Assembly (NCBI GenBank): GCA_007134525.1
Contig: SLKR01000045.1
Span: 7,621 to 71,620, forward strand
Source: Bacteroidales bacterium
GTDB lineage: Bacteria; Bacteroidota; Bacteroidia; Bacteroidales; UBA7960
Direction of reading: 5' to 3'
DNA length: 64,000 nt
The notes beneath the pieces are model-generated. The model made no database searches and was not told the DNA's origin. It saw only the letters and a list, made by a program, of their open reading frames with translations. Made by a program: the position numbers and the translations under genes. This document shows positions 37,739 through 48,326 of the stretch, piece by piece; positions within the stretch are counted from its first letter, which is position 1, and every line of letters begins with the position of its first letter.

Positions 37739-38581
37739 ATGAGCATATTAGAAAAAAAAATTGCAGCAATAACTGCCGGCCTTATACTTATCGCCGGGAT
37801 TGTCCTCAGTGCTTCAGCACAGTATACAGATCCCAGGGCTGCTGAAATAATCGAAACAGCCTGGCAGGAGTATGAAAAGTCGATTGAGAACATAGATGAC
37901 TATGTGGTTGAAACAGACCTTTTTACCATTTATTACAATAAGGCCTACGACAATGGCAGACCCTACTTCACCGCACGCACCGAAACAGATATTTTCGGCG
38001 GGTTTGAGTCTACAACAACTGCTTCTGATGCAGACCTTTTCACCCCTGAAACCTATGATAAGCTTAAACAGAATGCAAGGTACGAGGGCAGGGATGAGGT
38101 TGACGGACATGAGGTACACGTTTTGTTCGTCGAAAGGATTGAAGGCATGTTCCCGGATGCTGAGGATGTACTTGAAGAGGGTCTGGAGCAAATGAGGATA
38201 TATATTGATGCAGACAACTGGGTAATAAGGCAGATGTCATATATGGCTGAAGCTGAAACAGAAACCGGTGAAGTAAGGCAGGTAGAGCCGGTTATCATGT
38301 TCAGGGATTACCGCAACATTGATGGAATGATGGTTGCTTTCGAAACAACAACCGTTGTTACAGGTCTCAGTGCCTCCATGACCGAGGAGGAGAGAAGAGA
38401 TGCAGAAGAGAGCCTCAGGGAGATGGAAAGGGAGCTTGAACAGATGTCTGACCAGGAAAGGAGAATGGTGGAGCGCATTATGGGCAACAGGATGGAGAGT
38501 TTCAGGGAGATGCTTATGGAGGACAGGTTTGAGTTTACCGTCAGGGTAAATGAGGTAAGGGTCAATACAGGTCTCGACTAG
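37739..38581 (+). CDS. Secreted LolA-fold-like protein with acidic coiled-coil C-terminal insert; function unknown
   Basis: Signal peptide. Contains ...GRDEVDGHEVHVL...YIDADNWVIRQM...FRDYRNIDGMMV, in the style of outer-membrane lipoprotein-sorting folds. Assignment is tentative. Confidence 0.45.
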   Translation: MSILEKKIAAITAGLILIAGIVLSASAQYTDPRAAEIIETAWQEYEKSIENIDDYVVETDLFTIYYNKAYDNGRPYFTARTETDIFGGFESTTTASDADLFTPETYDKLKQNARYEGRDEVDGHEVHVLFVERIEGMFPDAEDVLEEGLEQMRIYIDADNWVIRQMSYMAEAETETGEVRQVEPVIMFRDYRNIDGMMVAFETTTVVTGLSASMTEEERRDAEESLREMERELEQMSDQERRMVERIMGNRMESFREMLMEDRFEFTVRVNEVRVNTGLD

Positions 38582-38586
38582 TAAGC

Positions 38587-40065
38587 CTATCTGCCAAACC
38601 GACTGATTATTCCGCCGGCCCACGCATTCAGCTCTGGTGACACCCTAATAAGCCATACCGGTACAATAAATAGCACCAATGCTGTTACGGACCTCAGCAA
38701 AATATCCGCATACACCACAGGCAGCTTTGCCGTCAGCCCTGAAACAAACATTATCGCAGCCATAAGCAGAATAACCACCAGATGAACCCCCCTGAACGGC
38801 TGGATATTGAAGTGATAACGTATAAAGATCACTCTCAGGAAGTTAAACAAAACAAGGCAGAGCATGCTTGAAAAAGCAGCCCCTTCAATGCCCCATAGCG
38901 GAATAAACTGTAGGTTGGTAATGAATACCAAACCAGCCATTGCGATTGTAAACAGCAGATCAAAACGGTATTTGCGTGAAGTTGTCAGTATGGTTGAGTT
39001 AAGGCCTGAACTCATATCAAAAAGCTTACCCGCACCCAAAAGAAGGAATACATATCTGCCCTCCTGATAGCCTGCAGGCATGAAATAATACACTGAATCC
39101 AGGTTTACCCAAAGCAGCATGAAAATACTGGCTCCTACAACAAGATTGCCTGAAGTGGCCTTTGCATATATATCCTGCATCTTGTCCATATCCTTCGACT
39201 TCCATATTGATGCAACCATTGGTGCGGCAACCTTTACCATTGACCTGTAGGGTATCAGCATAACAGAGGTCAAAAAGACCATGGTTGTATATACTCCGGC
39301 TGCCCCAAGATCAAGCATTCCTGCTACCATAAGGGAGTCAAGGCTCACCAGCAGGAATCCGCTGAGATTGTTCATCAGTAAAAACAGGCCATAAACTATC
39401 ATGATCCTGCCAAGACGCCTGAATAGAGGGGGAATATAAAATGTGAACCCGGCAAGACCACGGGATACGCTGTATATTATCAGAAGAGTTGCAGGAACGC
39501 AGTATGCACCAACGTATAATGACACAAATGCACCGAAGCCAATAACTCCAAGAGCATAAAGGCTGACCGCGATGGTTACGGAAAGCCTCAGAATGAGCTC
39601 ATGGGCCACTGTGGGCAGGATATTCCTGTAGAGGCACCGCAGATATGACTCAAAGATGTTGTAAAACAGTGTGGCCAGAGCCATTGGCACAATGTATACT
39701 GCATACTCGACAAGCAGTGGGCTGGAATCAACATACAGGCCGGCCAGAGGTCTCCTTACCAGAACAAACAAAATGGTAATGACAGTAAACCCTCCGAGTA
39801 TAATTGCCATCACTCCAGTCAGGAATCCATGTTGATTCTTACGTAAGTCACTGAAAAACGGAAAGAACCTGAGGATAATATTTCTACCGCCAAGGGCAGA
39901 TAACTGAGCGTATATTAGCGAAACCGTCACCATAAGGTTGACAAGGCCCACCTCTTCTGATTCAAGGAAATTAGTAAACAGAAAGATCTTATTAAGGTAG
40001 CCTATAGCGGCACCTGCATACGATATAATGCTCACCCTCAGGCTATCGCGCTGAATAATGCCCAT
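38587..40065 (-). CDS. Polysaccharide/oligosaccharide flippase (MOP/Wzx family)
   Basis: 492 aa with ~12-14 predicted TM helices and an N-terminus typical of polysaccharide biosynthesis proteins. Confidence 0.7.
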   Translation of the reverse strand: MGIIQRDSLRVSIISYAGAAIGYLNKIFLFTNFLESEEVGLVNLMVTVSLIYAQLSALGGRNIILRFFPFFSDLRKNQHGFLTGVMAIILGGFTVITILFVLVRRPLAGLYVDSSPLLVEYAVYIVPMALATLFYNIFESYLRCLYRNILPTVAHELILRLSVTIAVSLYALGVIGFGAFVSLYVGAYCVPATLLIIYSVSRGLAGFTFYIPPLFRRLGRIMIVYGLFLLMNNLSGFLLVSLDSLMVAGMLDLGAAGVYTTMVFLTSVMLIPYRSMVKVAAPMVASIWKSKDMDKMQDIYAKATSGNLVVGASIFMLLWVNLDSVYYFMPAGYQEGRYVFLLLGAGKLFDMSSGLNSTILTTSRKYRFDLLFTIAMAGLVFITNLQFIPLWGIEGAAFSSMLCLVLFNFLRVIFIRYHFNIQPFRGVHLVVILLMAAIMFVSGLTAKLPVVYADILLRSVTALVLFIVPVWLIRVSPELNAWAGGIISRFGR

Positions 40066-40073
40066 AAACTTTC

Positions 40074-41240
40074 CTAGTTAGCATTATTATATATACCAAC
40101 CAGCCTCCCGGCATCCTTTTCCCACATATAGTTATCCTTAACAGATCTGTGCCCCCTCAGACCCATCTCAATGAGTTCTTCATACCCGGATGACAAATCA
40201 GATAACAGGCCGGCAAGATCACCCGAACTACCTGAACTATATATTTTTCCGCATCCGCTGTTTTCGATGATTCTTTTTAGCGGAAGACAATCGGAGGCCA
40301 CGACCGTCTTGCGGGCATACATATACTGAAACAGCTTATGTGGGACCGTATAGTCGGTATGTTCGCTTTTTAAGTGCGGGATAAGGCATATATCAGCCCT
40401 GCCCATAAGCTCGTTCATCTTTTCAAACGCAAGCCAGCCCGTAAAATGAACCTGATCCCCAACTTCTTTATTACGGGCGATTTCCCTCAACCTCCCGATA
40501 TACTTCCCCTCACCGGCTATAAATAACCTGACGGGCCTTATGGTCTTCACCTCAGGCAATGCCATGATAACATCCTGAAGGCCTCGATGCCGGTTGATAC
40601 CACCAGCATATAAAAGGGTAAAAAAGGAGGGGTCCGGTGATAGCCCTGGCATTACGAAGCTGTTGCCGTTCAGGGTGTTTGAAACAACTGTGATCTTATT
40701 CCCTTCAATGCCAAGACCGGTAAGCCGTGCCCGGGCCTCTTCGACAACTACAATGATCTCATCTGCAAGGCTGCACATATCCACTTCATACTTTCTCCAC
40801 TGCCGGTCAGACGATAACAGCCTTCCCGGAAGGGTGCTGGTATGATCAGATACATTCAAAAGGGCAGGCCAGTTCTCGTGCAGGTCAAGGACAAATCTAA
40901 TTCCCTTTTCCCTTTTTAACTCCCCGCCGATAAGAGCCAGGGGCAGATCATGGATATGAACCGCATCATAGGTATTATCCCTGCACAGATCGAAAACAAA
41001 ACTTCTCCAGAATGTAAAATAAAACGGGAAACGAAGGCAACCTACGCTTGATTTATAAATGAAAGTTCCTATAGGTTTTCTGAAAACCCTTGCCTTACTG
41101 AAGGTATCAACCGCCTGCCTTCCCTTTCTTGTATAACAGGCAATATCAACCTGATGTCCAGCCCCTGTAAGTGCCTCCACCTGGTTTTCAACCCTGATAT
41201 CGGGAGGGAACTCACGGTCGAGAACCATCAGTATTTTCAT
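40074..41240 (-). CDS. Glycosyltransferase family 4 (GT-B fold)
   Basis: MKILMVLD start. The C-terminal half has the GT1/GT4 pattern (FTGW, ADICLIPH...E). The internal Met was chosen to avoid overlap with korB. Confidence 0.75.
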   Translation of the reverse strand: MKILMVLDREFPPDIRVENQVEALTGAGHQVDIACYTRKGRQAVDTFSKARVFRKPIGTFIYKSSVGCLRFPFYFTFWRSFVFDLCRDNTYDAVHIHDLPLALIGGELKREKGIRFVLDLHENWPALLNVSDHTSTLPGRLLSSDRQWRKYEVDMCSLADEIIVVVEEARARLTGLGIEGNKITVVSNTLNGNSFVMPGLSPDPSFFTLLYAGGINRHRGLQDVIMALPEVKTIRPVRLFIAGEGKYIGRLREIARNKEVGDQVHFTGWLAFEKMNELMGRADICLIPHLKSEHTDYTVPHKLFQYMYARKTVVASDCLPLKRIIENSGCGKIYSSGSSGDLAGLLSDLSSGYEELIEMGLRGHRSVKDNYMWEKDAGRLVGIYNNAN

Positions 41241-41262
41241 GTGATCCCGGGTCTTCTGGTCG

Positions 41263-42297
41263 TTATATCTCCCAGGTGTCGCCTGAACGCAGGAGATCAT
41301 TAACCGACTTTATATCGGATGTTTTCTTTGCCGTTTCAATCTGCCTTTCTGAAAGATCGTCATAGCTTTCGCTGGGAGCTGCCCTTATAACCCCCATAGC
41401 AACAGGGTAATCAGGGGCCTTCATCCATCCGAGCATACGCTGTATTCCTGGATTGCTCGAATACATATCGTGTACGATAAGGTCATCCTCAGTTATTCCG
41501 TTCTTCCCAATCTCAACTACCTCCAGGCTGGTGCCCCTGAGAACAATACCCTTGTTTCTTTCTTTGCCAAAGATCACCGGTTCTCCGTGCCTGAGTATTA
41601 CCTGACGGTCTTCGCGGGTTTCGCGGTTGGTAACCATGTCATGGATCTTGTCGGCAAATATTATACAGTTCTGGAGTATCTCCACAACCGCAGTACCATT
41701 GTGTTTGGCTGCTTCATAAAGCACTTCGGTCATCAGCTTTACATTGTTGTCGGGAACTCTTGCAAAGAATGTCCCCTGTGCGCCCATTACAAGACCTGAA
41801 ACTGTAAATGGGGGCTCTATTGTACCATGCGGGGAGGTTTTGGTTACTGCCCCCATTGGGGTTGTAGGCGAAAACTGCCCCTTGGTAAGGCCGTATATAC
41901 GGTTGTTGAACAACAGAACATTGATGTCTATATTACGGCGAAGGACATGAATGAAGTGGTTCCCTCCAATTGCCATTGAGTCGCCATCGCCGGTTGCAAC
42001 CCACACACTCAGTCCGGGATTGGCTACCTTCAGACCGCTTGCGATAGCAGCAGCACGGCCATGTATACCATGGAATCCAAAAGTATCAACATAATAGGGG
42101 AAGCGGGAAGAACACCCGATACCGGATACCATTGCAAAGTTCTCCTTTTTATAGCCTATTTTCGGAAAAACATTGCTTACAGCGGCAAGGATGGCATGCG
42201 CACCGCAACCCGGGCACCATTTAACCATCTGGTCGCTTACAAAATCCTGTTTGCTGAGTTCTACCGGCGACTTTTCTACCTTATTGTAACTGATCAT
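41263..42297 (-). CDS. korB: 2-oxoacid:ferredoxin oxidoreductase beta subunit (TPP-binding)
   Basis: WCPGCGAHAIL, GIGCSSR and the TPP motif GDGDSMAIGGNH. Confidence 0.9.
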   Translation of the reverse strand: MISYNKVEKSPVELSKQDFVSDQMVKWCPGCGAHAILAAVSNVFPKIGYKKENFAMVSGIGCSSRFPYYVDTFGFHGIHGRAAAIASGLKVANPGLSVWVATGDGDSMAIGGNHFIHVLRRNIDINVLLFNNRIYGLTKGQFSPTTPMGAVTKTSPHGTIEPPFTVSGLVMGAQGTFFARVPDNNVKLMTEVLYEAAKHNGTAVVEILQNCIIFADKIHDMVTNRETREDRQVILRHGEPVIFGKERNKGIVLRGTSLEVVEIGKNGITEDDLIVHDMYSSNPGIQRMLGWMKAPDYPVAMGVIRAAPSESYDDLSERQIETAKKTSDIKSVNDLLRSGDTWEI

Positions 42298-42299
42298 TT

Positions 42300-44144
42300 C
42301 TATTCCTCCAATATTTTTGTGAATTCATCGGTAAGCTCCTGAACATGGAATGGCAGCCCCTGCACCTTGTTAAACTGATAATAGGGGATCTCAGGGAATA
42401 TCATGCGCAGATAGTTTACAAACTGCCCGTTATTTAGTTCACATACAACTATTTTCTTGAAGCCTGACAATACCTCCCTGGTATTCCTGGGCAATGGCTT
42501 GATAAAATTAAACTGGACATGACTCACACTGTGCCCTTCATCTTGCATACGGTTCACTGCAGAGGTAAGCGCTCCTTCAGTACCTCCCCAGCCCACAACA
42601 AGCAGATCACCCTCTTGCTCACCATTTACCTCTAGAAGGGGCAGGTAGTCGGCTATGCGGGCAATTTTCTCCTCCCTTATATTGACCATCAGCTGATGAT
42701 TTAAAGGGTCAGTTGAAACATTTCCGTCAATATTTGTCTTTTCAAGTCCTCCGACCCGGTGGCGCAACCCCTCTACTCCGGGAGCCGCCCACTTACGGAC
42801 AAGGGTCTTCTCATCCCTGCGGTATGGCTTGTACTTAGGATCGTTGGGATCGGCCATTGGAGGTTTGATGGCAGGCAGATCGCTGACATCAGGTATCCTG
42901 AAAAGCTCCGAACCAAATCCAAGGTATCCGTCAGTAAGCAGTATAACCGGACACATATGCTCCATTGCATATTTGGATGCAAGATAGGCATAGTAGAAGC
43001 AGTTTGCCGGGCTCGAAGATGCAAGAACCATTAAAGGACTCTCTCCATTACGCCCAAAAAGGGCCTGCATAAGATCCGACTGTTCGCTCTTTGTGGGCAT
43101 TCCGGTTGACGGGCCCGCTCTCTGAACGTTTACTATTACCAGCGGCAGCTCTGTAATGACAGCCAGCCCGAGTGCTTCACTCTTAAGCGACAACCCTGGT
43201 CCTGAAGTGGTTGTAACGCCCATCAGGCCACCAAAGCTTGCCCCTATCGCCGAACAGATACCTGCTATTTCGTCCTCGGCCTGAAAGACCTTGGCCCCTA
43301 AAGACTTGTGCTTCGACAGCTCCATAAGTATTTCAGTAGCCGGTGTAATCGGATAGGAACCAAGGAACAATGTACGGCCACTGCGCTCAGATGCTGCCAG
43401 CAGCCCCCATGCAGTTGCAACGTTTCCGGTAATGTTACGGTACAGTCCTTTTTCAAGCGGAGCTGGCTCAACCCTGAAGGTCTCACTGATAGTTTCAGTA
43501 GTTTCGCCAAAGTTATAACCAGCCTTAAGTGCAGTCTGGTTTGCATTTATTACCTTGGGCTTGTCCTTGAATTTTTTACCGATAAAGTTTAATGGTAATT
43601 CCAGGTCGCGCTCGAAAAGATAAAACAGCATTCCGAGCACAAACATATTCTTTGTCCTTTCTGCAATCCTCTTGTCAACACCAAGTTCGCTAAGGGCCTC
43701 TTTCGTAAGATCCGTAACCGGGGCACTGATAACCTGATATCCAGCAAGGGAACCATCATCCAGTGGATTTTCGGTATAACCTGCTTTCTCAATTGCTTTC
43801 TCATCAAATGTTGAAGAGTCGATTACAAGCGTCGCCCCGGGCTTCGCCCATTTCAGGTTGGCCTTGAGTGAGGCCGGGTTCATTGCTACAAGTACATCGC
43901 ACATGTCACCAGGGGTATATATCTTCCTTTTGCCCATATGCATCTGAAATCCACTGACACCGGCAATGGTGTTGTGCGGTGCACGGATCTCAGCCGGAAA
44001 ATCGGGGAAAGTTGCAAGGTCATTACCTGCCAGTGCTGCAACATCTGAGAACAAAGTCCCTGTAAGCTGCATGCCGTCGCCTGAATCACCAACAAATTTT
44101 ACCACGACATCTTCCAGTTCCCGCACAGCATTTTTTTGTACCAT
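42300..44144 (-). CDS. korA: 2-oxoacid:ferredoxin oxidoreductase alpha subunit (fused gamma-alpha)
   Basis: 614 aa. N-terminal POR gamma-like domain (GDSGDGMQLTG) followed by the pyrimidine-binding alpha domain (YPITPATE). Confidence 0.9.
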   Translation of the reverse strand: MVQKNAVRELEDVVVKFVGDSGDGMQLTGTLFSDVAALAGNDLATFPDFPAEIRAPHNTIAGVSGFQMHMGKRKIYTPGDMCDVLVAMNPASLKANLKWAKPGATLVIDSSTFDEKAIEKAGYTENPLDDGSLAGYQVISAPVTDLTKEALSELGVDKRIAERTKNMFVLGMLFYLFERDLELPLNFIGKKFKDKPKVINANQTALKAGYNFGETTETISETFRVEPAPLEKGLYRNITGNVATAWGLLAASERSGRTLFLGSYPITPATEILMELSKHKSLGAKVFQAEDEIAGICSAIGASFGGLMGVTTTSGPGLSLKSEALGLAVITELPLVIVNVQRAGPSTGMPTKSEQSDLMQALFGRNGESPLMVLASSSPANCFYYAYLASKYAMEHMCPVILLTDGYLGFGSELFRIPDVSDLPAIKPPMADPNDPKYKPYRRDEKTLVRKWAAPGVEGLRHRVGGLEKTNIDGNVSTDPLNHQLMVNIREEKIARIADYLPLLEVNGEQEGDLLVVGWGGTEGALTSAVNRMQDEGHSVSHVQFNFIKPLPRNTREVLSGFKKIVVCELNNGQFVNYLRMIFPEIPYYQFNKVQGLPFHVQELTDEFTKILEE

Positions 44145-44350
44145 AACGATCTGTAAGTTTTAGTAGAGATGGAGAAATATTTAATTCGTTGCGAAGTTAT
44201 AGTTAAAAAACATATTGCCTCCAAAGTTCCTAACTTTTTTTGTAACAGGAAAGAATAGATGCGCATTTTGCGGATCAGCGGTTTTATTTAAATCAATTAC
44301 AAATTGATATGACTCAGGCAAAAAAGCATGTTGTGTTCGATTAAAGGAAT

Positions 44351-44358
44351 TATATTTG
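44351..44358 (+). promoter_or_regulatory. Bacteroidetes-type -7 promoter motif candidate for the ferredoxin gene
   Basis: TATATTTG matches TAnnTTTG, 44 nt upstream of the ATG at 44403. A GTTG lies 18 nt further upstream. Confidence 0.35.
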
Positions 44359-44402
44359 CAGTGGAATTAACCATTTTTAGAAACCATAAAAATCGTATAG
44401 AG

Positions 44403-44570
44403 ATGGCTTATGTAATTAATGAAGATTGCACTGCATGTGGCAGCTGCATTGATGAATGCCCCGTGGATGCTATTTCTGAAGGTGATATCTATAAAATTGA
44501 TCCTGACGTATGTACAGACTGCGGTGCTTGTGCAGATGTTTGCCCGGTAGAAGCAATTCACCCGGAATAG
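44403..44570 (+). CDS. fdx: 2x[4Fe-4S] clostridial-type ferredoxin (55 aa)
   Basis: MAYVINEDCTACGSCIDECP...CTDCGACADVCP: two CxxCxxCxxxCP motifs. Confidence 0.9.
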   Translation: MAYVINEDCTACGSCIDECPVDAISEGDIYKIDPDVCTDCGACADVCPVEAIHPE

Positions 44571-44609
44571 GGCCTTCTGGCCGGCTTCATATGGTCAGCT
44601 TATAGGTTT

Positions 44610-44638
44610 GCCCGTATCAAAGTGTACGGGCTTTTTTT
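44610..44638 (+). terminator. Rho-independent terminator after the ferredoxin gene
   Basis: GCCCGTA-TCAAAGTG-TACGGGC followed by TTTTTTT. Confidence 0.75.
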
Positions 44639-44688
44639 ATGTCCATTTTTGAACTATTTTTGCTTCTCATTAAAAACGGAAAATCTCC

Positions 44689-45522
44689 TTGTCTGACAAT
44701 AAAGGCAAATATCCTGAACCTCCTGATGGGACCATGACCTTTTGGAGTCATCTGGAAGAATTGCGCGGACACCTGATTCGCTCGGCAGTGGCAGTTTTTG
44801 CTTTTGCCGCAATAGCCTTTATATCAAAAGATTTTTTATTTAACAAAATAATCCTGGCCCCAAAAGAGCCATACTTTTTGACAAACAGGGCCTTCTGCTG
44901 GCTTTCTGACCAGCTTTCAATACCGGCGCTCTGTATAAATGCAGATCCCGTCCAGCTCATAAACATTGAGCTGGCAGGGCAGTTCACAACGCATATTCTT
45001 GTATCCCTCATAGCCGGGATAATTGTATCAGTTCCTTATATAGTCTGGGAAGTCTGGCGTTTTATCGGGCCGGGACTGAAACCCAGGGAAAAGGCAAACT
45101 CAAGGGGTGCAGTAGTTGTAATATCCGGGCTCTTTCTTCTGGGGGTGGTTTTCGCATACTTTCTGATAGTGCCCCTGTCTATAAACTTCCTGGGGTCCTA
45201 TCAGGTCAGTGGTCTTGTTGCTAACCAGATAGCGCTGCGATCCTTTATAACCACAGTCACGACCATAACATTTGCAGCAGGGTTACTTTTCGAGTTGCCG
45301 GTATTCGTATTCTTCCTAAGCAAGGCGGGGATAGTTACACCAGAGGCATTACGCAGGCAGCGTAAACTAGCCTTTGTCATAATTATTGCACTTGCAGCCC
45401 TTATCACGCCACCTGACATATTCAGCCAGATAATGGTAGGTATACCCCTGTTCGGCCTCTATGAGGTAAGCATACGCATTTCACGCAAAGTAGCTGAAAA
45501 GGAAGAGGCTGCAAGCGAGTAA
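44689..45522 (+). CDS. tatC: Twin-arginine translocase subunit TatC
   Basis: MTFWSHLEELRGHLIRS and 6 TM helices. TTG start in the ORF track. The ATG at 44734 is an alternative. Confidence 0.9.
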   Translation: MSDNKGKYPEPPDGTMTFWSHLEELRGHLIRSAVAVFAFAAIAFISKDFLFNKIILAPKEPYFLTNRAFCWLSDQLSIPALCINADPVQLINIELAGQFTTHILVSLIAGIIVSVPYIVWEVWRFIGPGLKPREKANSRGAVVVISGLFLLGVVFAYFLIVPLSINFLGSYQVSGLVANQIALRSFITTVTTITFAAGLLFELPVFVFFLSKAGIVTPEALRRQRKLAFVIIIALAALITPPDIFSQIMVGIPLFGLYEVSIRISRKVAEKEEAASE

Positions 45523-45624
45523 GAATCAATAGCACCGGATATTAAACCTTTAGGCATTATTCATTGTTAAGCTCATAAAGGCGCCAGGCCGTTACCAGTT
45601 TGTAAATCAAAAACATATTATATT

Positions 45625-47277
45625 ATGAATAACGCACAGTTCTATTATTCCCGTCCTGAAAATGAAAAGGTATTGCCTTACACGAAAGGAACAGCTGAAA
45701 GAGAGGCCCTTGAGGCCGAACTTGAGAGGCAAAGCAGTATTCAGGTTGAGATACCGCTTATCATAGGAGGCCTAGAGGTTAAAACAGGCAATACCGGCAA
45801 GGTTGTAATGCCGCATAACCACAAGCATGTACTTGCGGTCTACCATAAAGCCGGGGAAAAAGAGGTGAAGATGGCAATTGAGGCAGCGATGAAGGCTCAT
45901 CAACAGTGGGCTGAGATGTCATGGGTGGAAAGGGTTTCAATAACACTGAAGATAGCAGAACTGATAGCCACCAAGCACAGATACCTGATGAACGCCTCAA
46001 CCATGCTGGGACAGGGCAAGAATGCCTACCAGGCCGAAATAGAAGCTGTTGCAGAAGCCATTGATTTCCTTCGTTTCAATGCACATTATGTCTCTGAAAT
46101 ATACGACGACCAGCCACACTCCGAAAGGGGCAACCTGAACAGGATTGAATACCGGCCCCTGGAGGGCTTCGTATTTGCAGTGAGTCCTTTTAACTTCACC
46201 GCAATTGCATCCAATCTGTCGCTTGCACCTGTCGTGCTGGGCAACACGGCTGTCTGGAAGCCCGCTTCCACTGCACTGCTGTCAAATTATTACCTTATGA
46301 GAATATTCAGGGAGGCGGGCCTGCCCGACGGAGTAATAAACTTCCTTCCCGGAAGCGGAAGCCAGATAGGTGATATTGTTCTAAAACACAAGGATCTCGG
46401 CGGGGTGCATTTTACAGGTTCCAACAACACCTTCAATCATATCTGGAAAACAGTTGCCGAAAACCTTGAAAACTACCGTTCTTATCCTCGTGTAGTTGGA
46501 GAAACCGGCGGGAAGGACTTTGTTGTGGTTCATCCTTCAGCAGATGTTGAGGAGGTTTCAACAGCACTTGTAGGAGGTGCTTTTGAGTACCAGGGGCAGA
46601 AATGTTCGGCTGCATCCAGGGCATATATACCCGCATCCCTGTGGCCTGACATAAAAAAAAGCATGGGGAACAACATATCCCTGATTAAAAAAGGAGATGT
46701 CAGGAATTTCTGCAACTTCGTAAATGCAGTAATCGACGAGGGGGCCTTCGACAAGATCATGGGCTACATAGACAAGGCCCGCGACTCGGACGAGGCGGAG
46801 ATAGTATTCGGGGGCAGTGGTGATAAGTCAGACGGATATTTCATTGACCCTACGGTCATACTTACATCCAACCCTCACTTTATTACAATGGAAGAGGAGA
46901 TCTTCGGGCCTGTCCTTACAATATACATTTACGAAGATGAAGACTTTGAACAGACACTTGAACTGTGCGACCAGACTTCACCTTACGGACTAACCGGGGC
47001 AATTTTCTCCAAAGACCGCCGTGCAACCATAAAGGCCTGCCAGGTTCTTCGCTATGCGGCAGGCAACTTTTACTTCAACGACAAACCTACCGGAGCGGTT
47101 GTAGGCCAGCAACCATTCGGAGGGGCAAGGATGTCAGGGACCAACGACAAGGCAGGCAGCTACCTTAACCTGCTGAGGTGGATCAATCCCCGTTCAGTCA
47201 AGGATACCTTTAACCCGCCGGTTGATTTCAGGTATCAGTTCATGCAGGAGGAAAAATGCTACAAGGAGAAGATCTGA
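45625..47277 (+). CDS. pruA: L-glutamate gamma-semialdehyde (1-pyrroline-5-carboxylate) dehydrogenase
   Basis: 550 aa ALDH superfamily member. Contains VSPFNFTAI, ETGGKDF, EYQGQKCSA (catalytic Cys) and EEIFGPV. Confidence 0.85.
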   Translation: MNNAQFYYSRPENEKVLPYTKGTAEREALEAELERQSSIQVEIPLIIGGLEVKTGNTGKVVMPHNHKHVLAVYHKAGEKEVKMAIEAAMKAHQQWAEMSWVERVSITLKIAELIATKHRYLMNASTMLGQGKNAYQAEIEAVAEAIDFLRFNAHYVSEIYDDQPHSERGNLNRIEYRPLEGFVFAVSPFNFTAIASNLSLAPVVLGNTAVWKPASTALLSNYYLMRIFREAGLPDGVINFLPGSGSQIGDIVLKHKDLGGVHFTGSNNTFNHIWKTVAENLENYRSYPRVVGETGGKDFVVVHPSADVEEVSTALVGGAFEYQGQKCSAASRAYIPASLWPDIKKSMGNNISLIKKGDVRNFCNFVNAVIDEGAFDKIMGYIDKARDSDEAEIVFGGSGDKSDGYFIDPTVILTSNPHFITMEEEIFGPVLTIYIYEDEDFEQTLELCDQTSPYGLTGAIFSKDRRATIKACQVLRYAAGNFYFNDKPTGAVVGQQPFGGARMSGTNDKAGSYLNLLRWINPRSVKDTFNPPVDFRYQFMQEEKCYKEKI

Positions 47278-47281
47278 CAAT

Positions 47282-48313
47282 TTATGGCAGGCTCATCTCA
47301 CCCCTGAGTGGCTTCTCGAAATATTTTCTAAGTCTATGACCGGAGTAGCCATTGCCCATAAGATACATCAGCTTGGTTACGGCTGCTTCGGTTGTCATGT
47401 CATGTCCGCTGATAACTCCGGCCTTCTCAAGCCATTTACCTGTCTCATACTGGCTCTGTATTACCGCACCGCCCCTGCACTGGCTTATATTGCAGATCAT
47501 AAGCCCGCGTTCAATGGCCCCTGTTATCTCATCCATGAACCACTTGCTGGTCGGAGCATTTCCTGAACCGTAACTCTCCAGTACAGCGGCCCTTAGACCA
47601 TCAATGGACAGAACAGAAGAAACAACTTTACGGCTTATACCGGGAAAGATCTTCAGTATTGCAATATTTGTGTCGAGGCCTGTAAATATCCTGAACTCCT
47701 GTTCAGTGGCCTTTTGTATGGCGGCTTCATTATATTTTATATGAACCCCGGCCTCGGCAAGTACAGGATAATTGACCGACCTGAAAGCCTCGAAGTGTTC
47801 GGCGTTGAACTTGTGGGTTCTGTTGCCTCGATAGAGCTGGTACTCAAAATATATGCATACCTCGGGCACAACGGCAAACCCGTTTTTGCTTGCCGCAGCG
47901 ATCTCAACAGAGGTAATAAAGTTCTCCTTACCGTCTGTCCTTATCTTTCCTATGGGCAGTTGCGACCCGGTAAGCACAACCGGCTTCGAAAGGTTTTCAA
48001 GCATAAAGCTGAGGGCAGATGCCGTATAGGCCATTGTATCAGACCCGTGCAGTATCACAAATCCGTCATAGGAGTCATAACGGGATTCTATAATCCTGGC
48101 GATCCTTACCCATATACCGGGCTCCATGTTCGAAGAATCAATTATGGGGTCAAAGGATATGCTGTCGATCTGGTAGTTGAATTTTTTAATCTCCGGTATC
48201 TGATCAGTCAGGTGTTCGAAATCAAATGGGTTAAGCACACCGGTCACGGAGTCTTCAACCATTCCAATGGTACCACCGGTGTATATAATCAGAATACGGG
48301 GGCTTTTTTCCAT
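47282..48313 (-). CDS. ansA: Type I L-asparaginase
   Basis: ILIIYTGGTIGM and ILHGSDTMAYTASAL. The start is set at the MEKSPRIL Met. Confidence 0.9.
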   Translation of the reverse strand: MEKSPRILIIYTGGTIGMVEDSVTGVLNPFDFEHLTDQIPEIKKFNYQIDSISFDPIIDSSNMEPGIWVRIARIIESRYDSYDGFVILHGSDTMAYTASALSFMLENLSKPVVLTGSQLPIGKIRTDGKENFITSVEIAAASKNGFAVVPEVCIYFEYQLYRGNRTHKFNAEHFEAFRSVNYPVLAEAGVHIKYNEAAIQKATEQEFRIFTGLDTNIAILKIFPGISRKVVSSVLSIDGLRAAVLESYGSGNAPTSKWFMDEITGAIERGLMICNISQCRGGAVIQSQYETGKWLEKAGVISGHDMTTEAAVTKLMYLMGNGYSGHRLRKYFEKPLRGEMSLP

Positions 48314-48326
48314 ATCAGGAATTTGT

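Noticed and set aside
37720-37741. A Shine-Dalgarno-like AAGGAGG lies 8 nt upstream of the ATG at 37739, which is unusual for Bacteroidota.
   Set aside because: This is a single occurrence. No inference is possible without genome-wide statistics, and it does not change the annotation.
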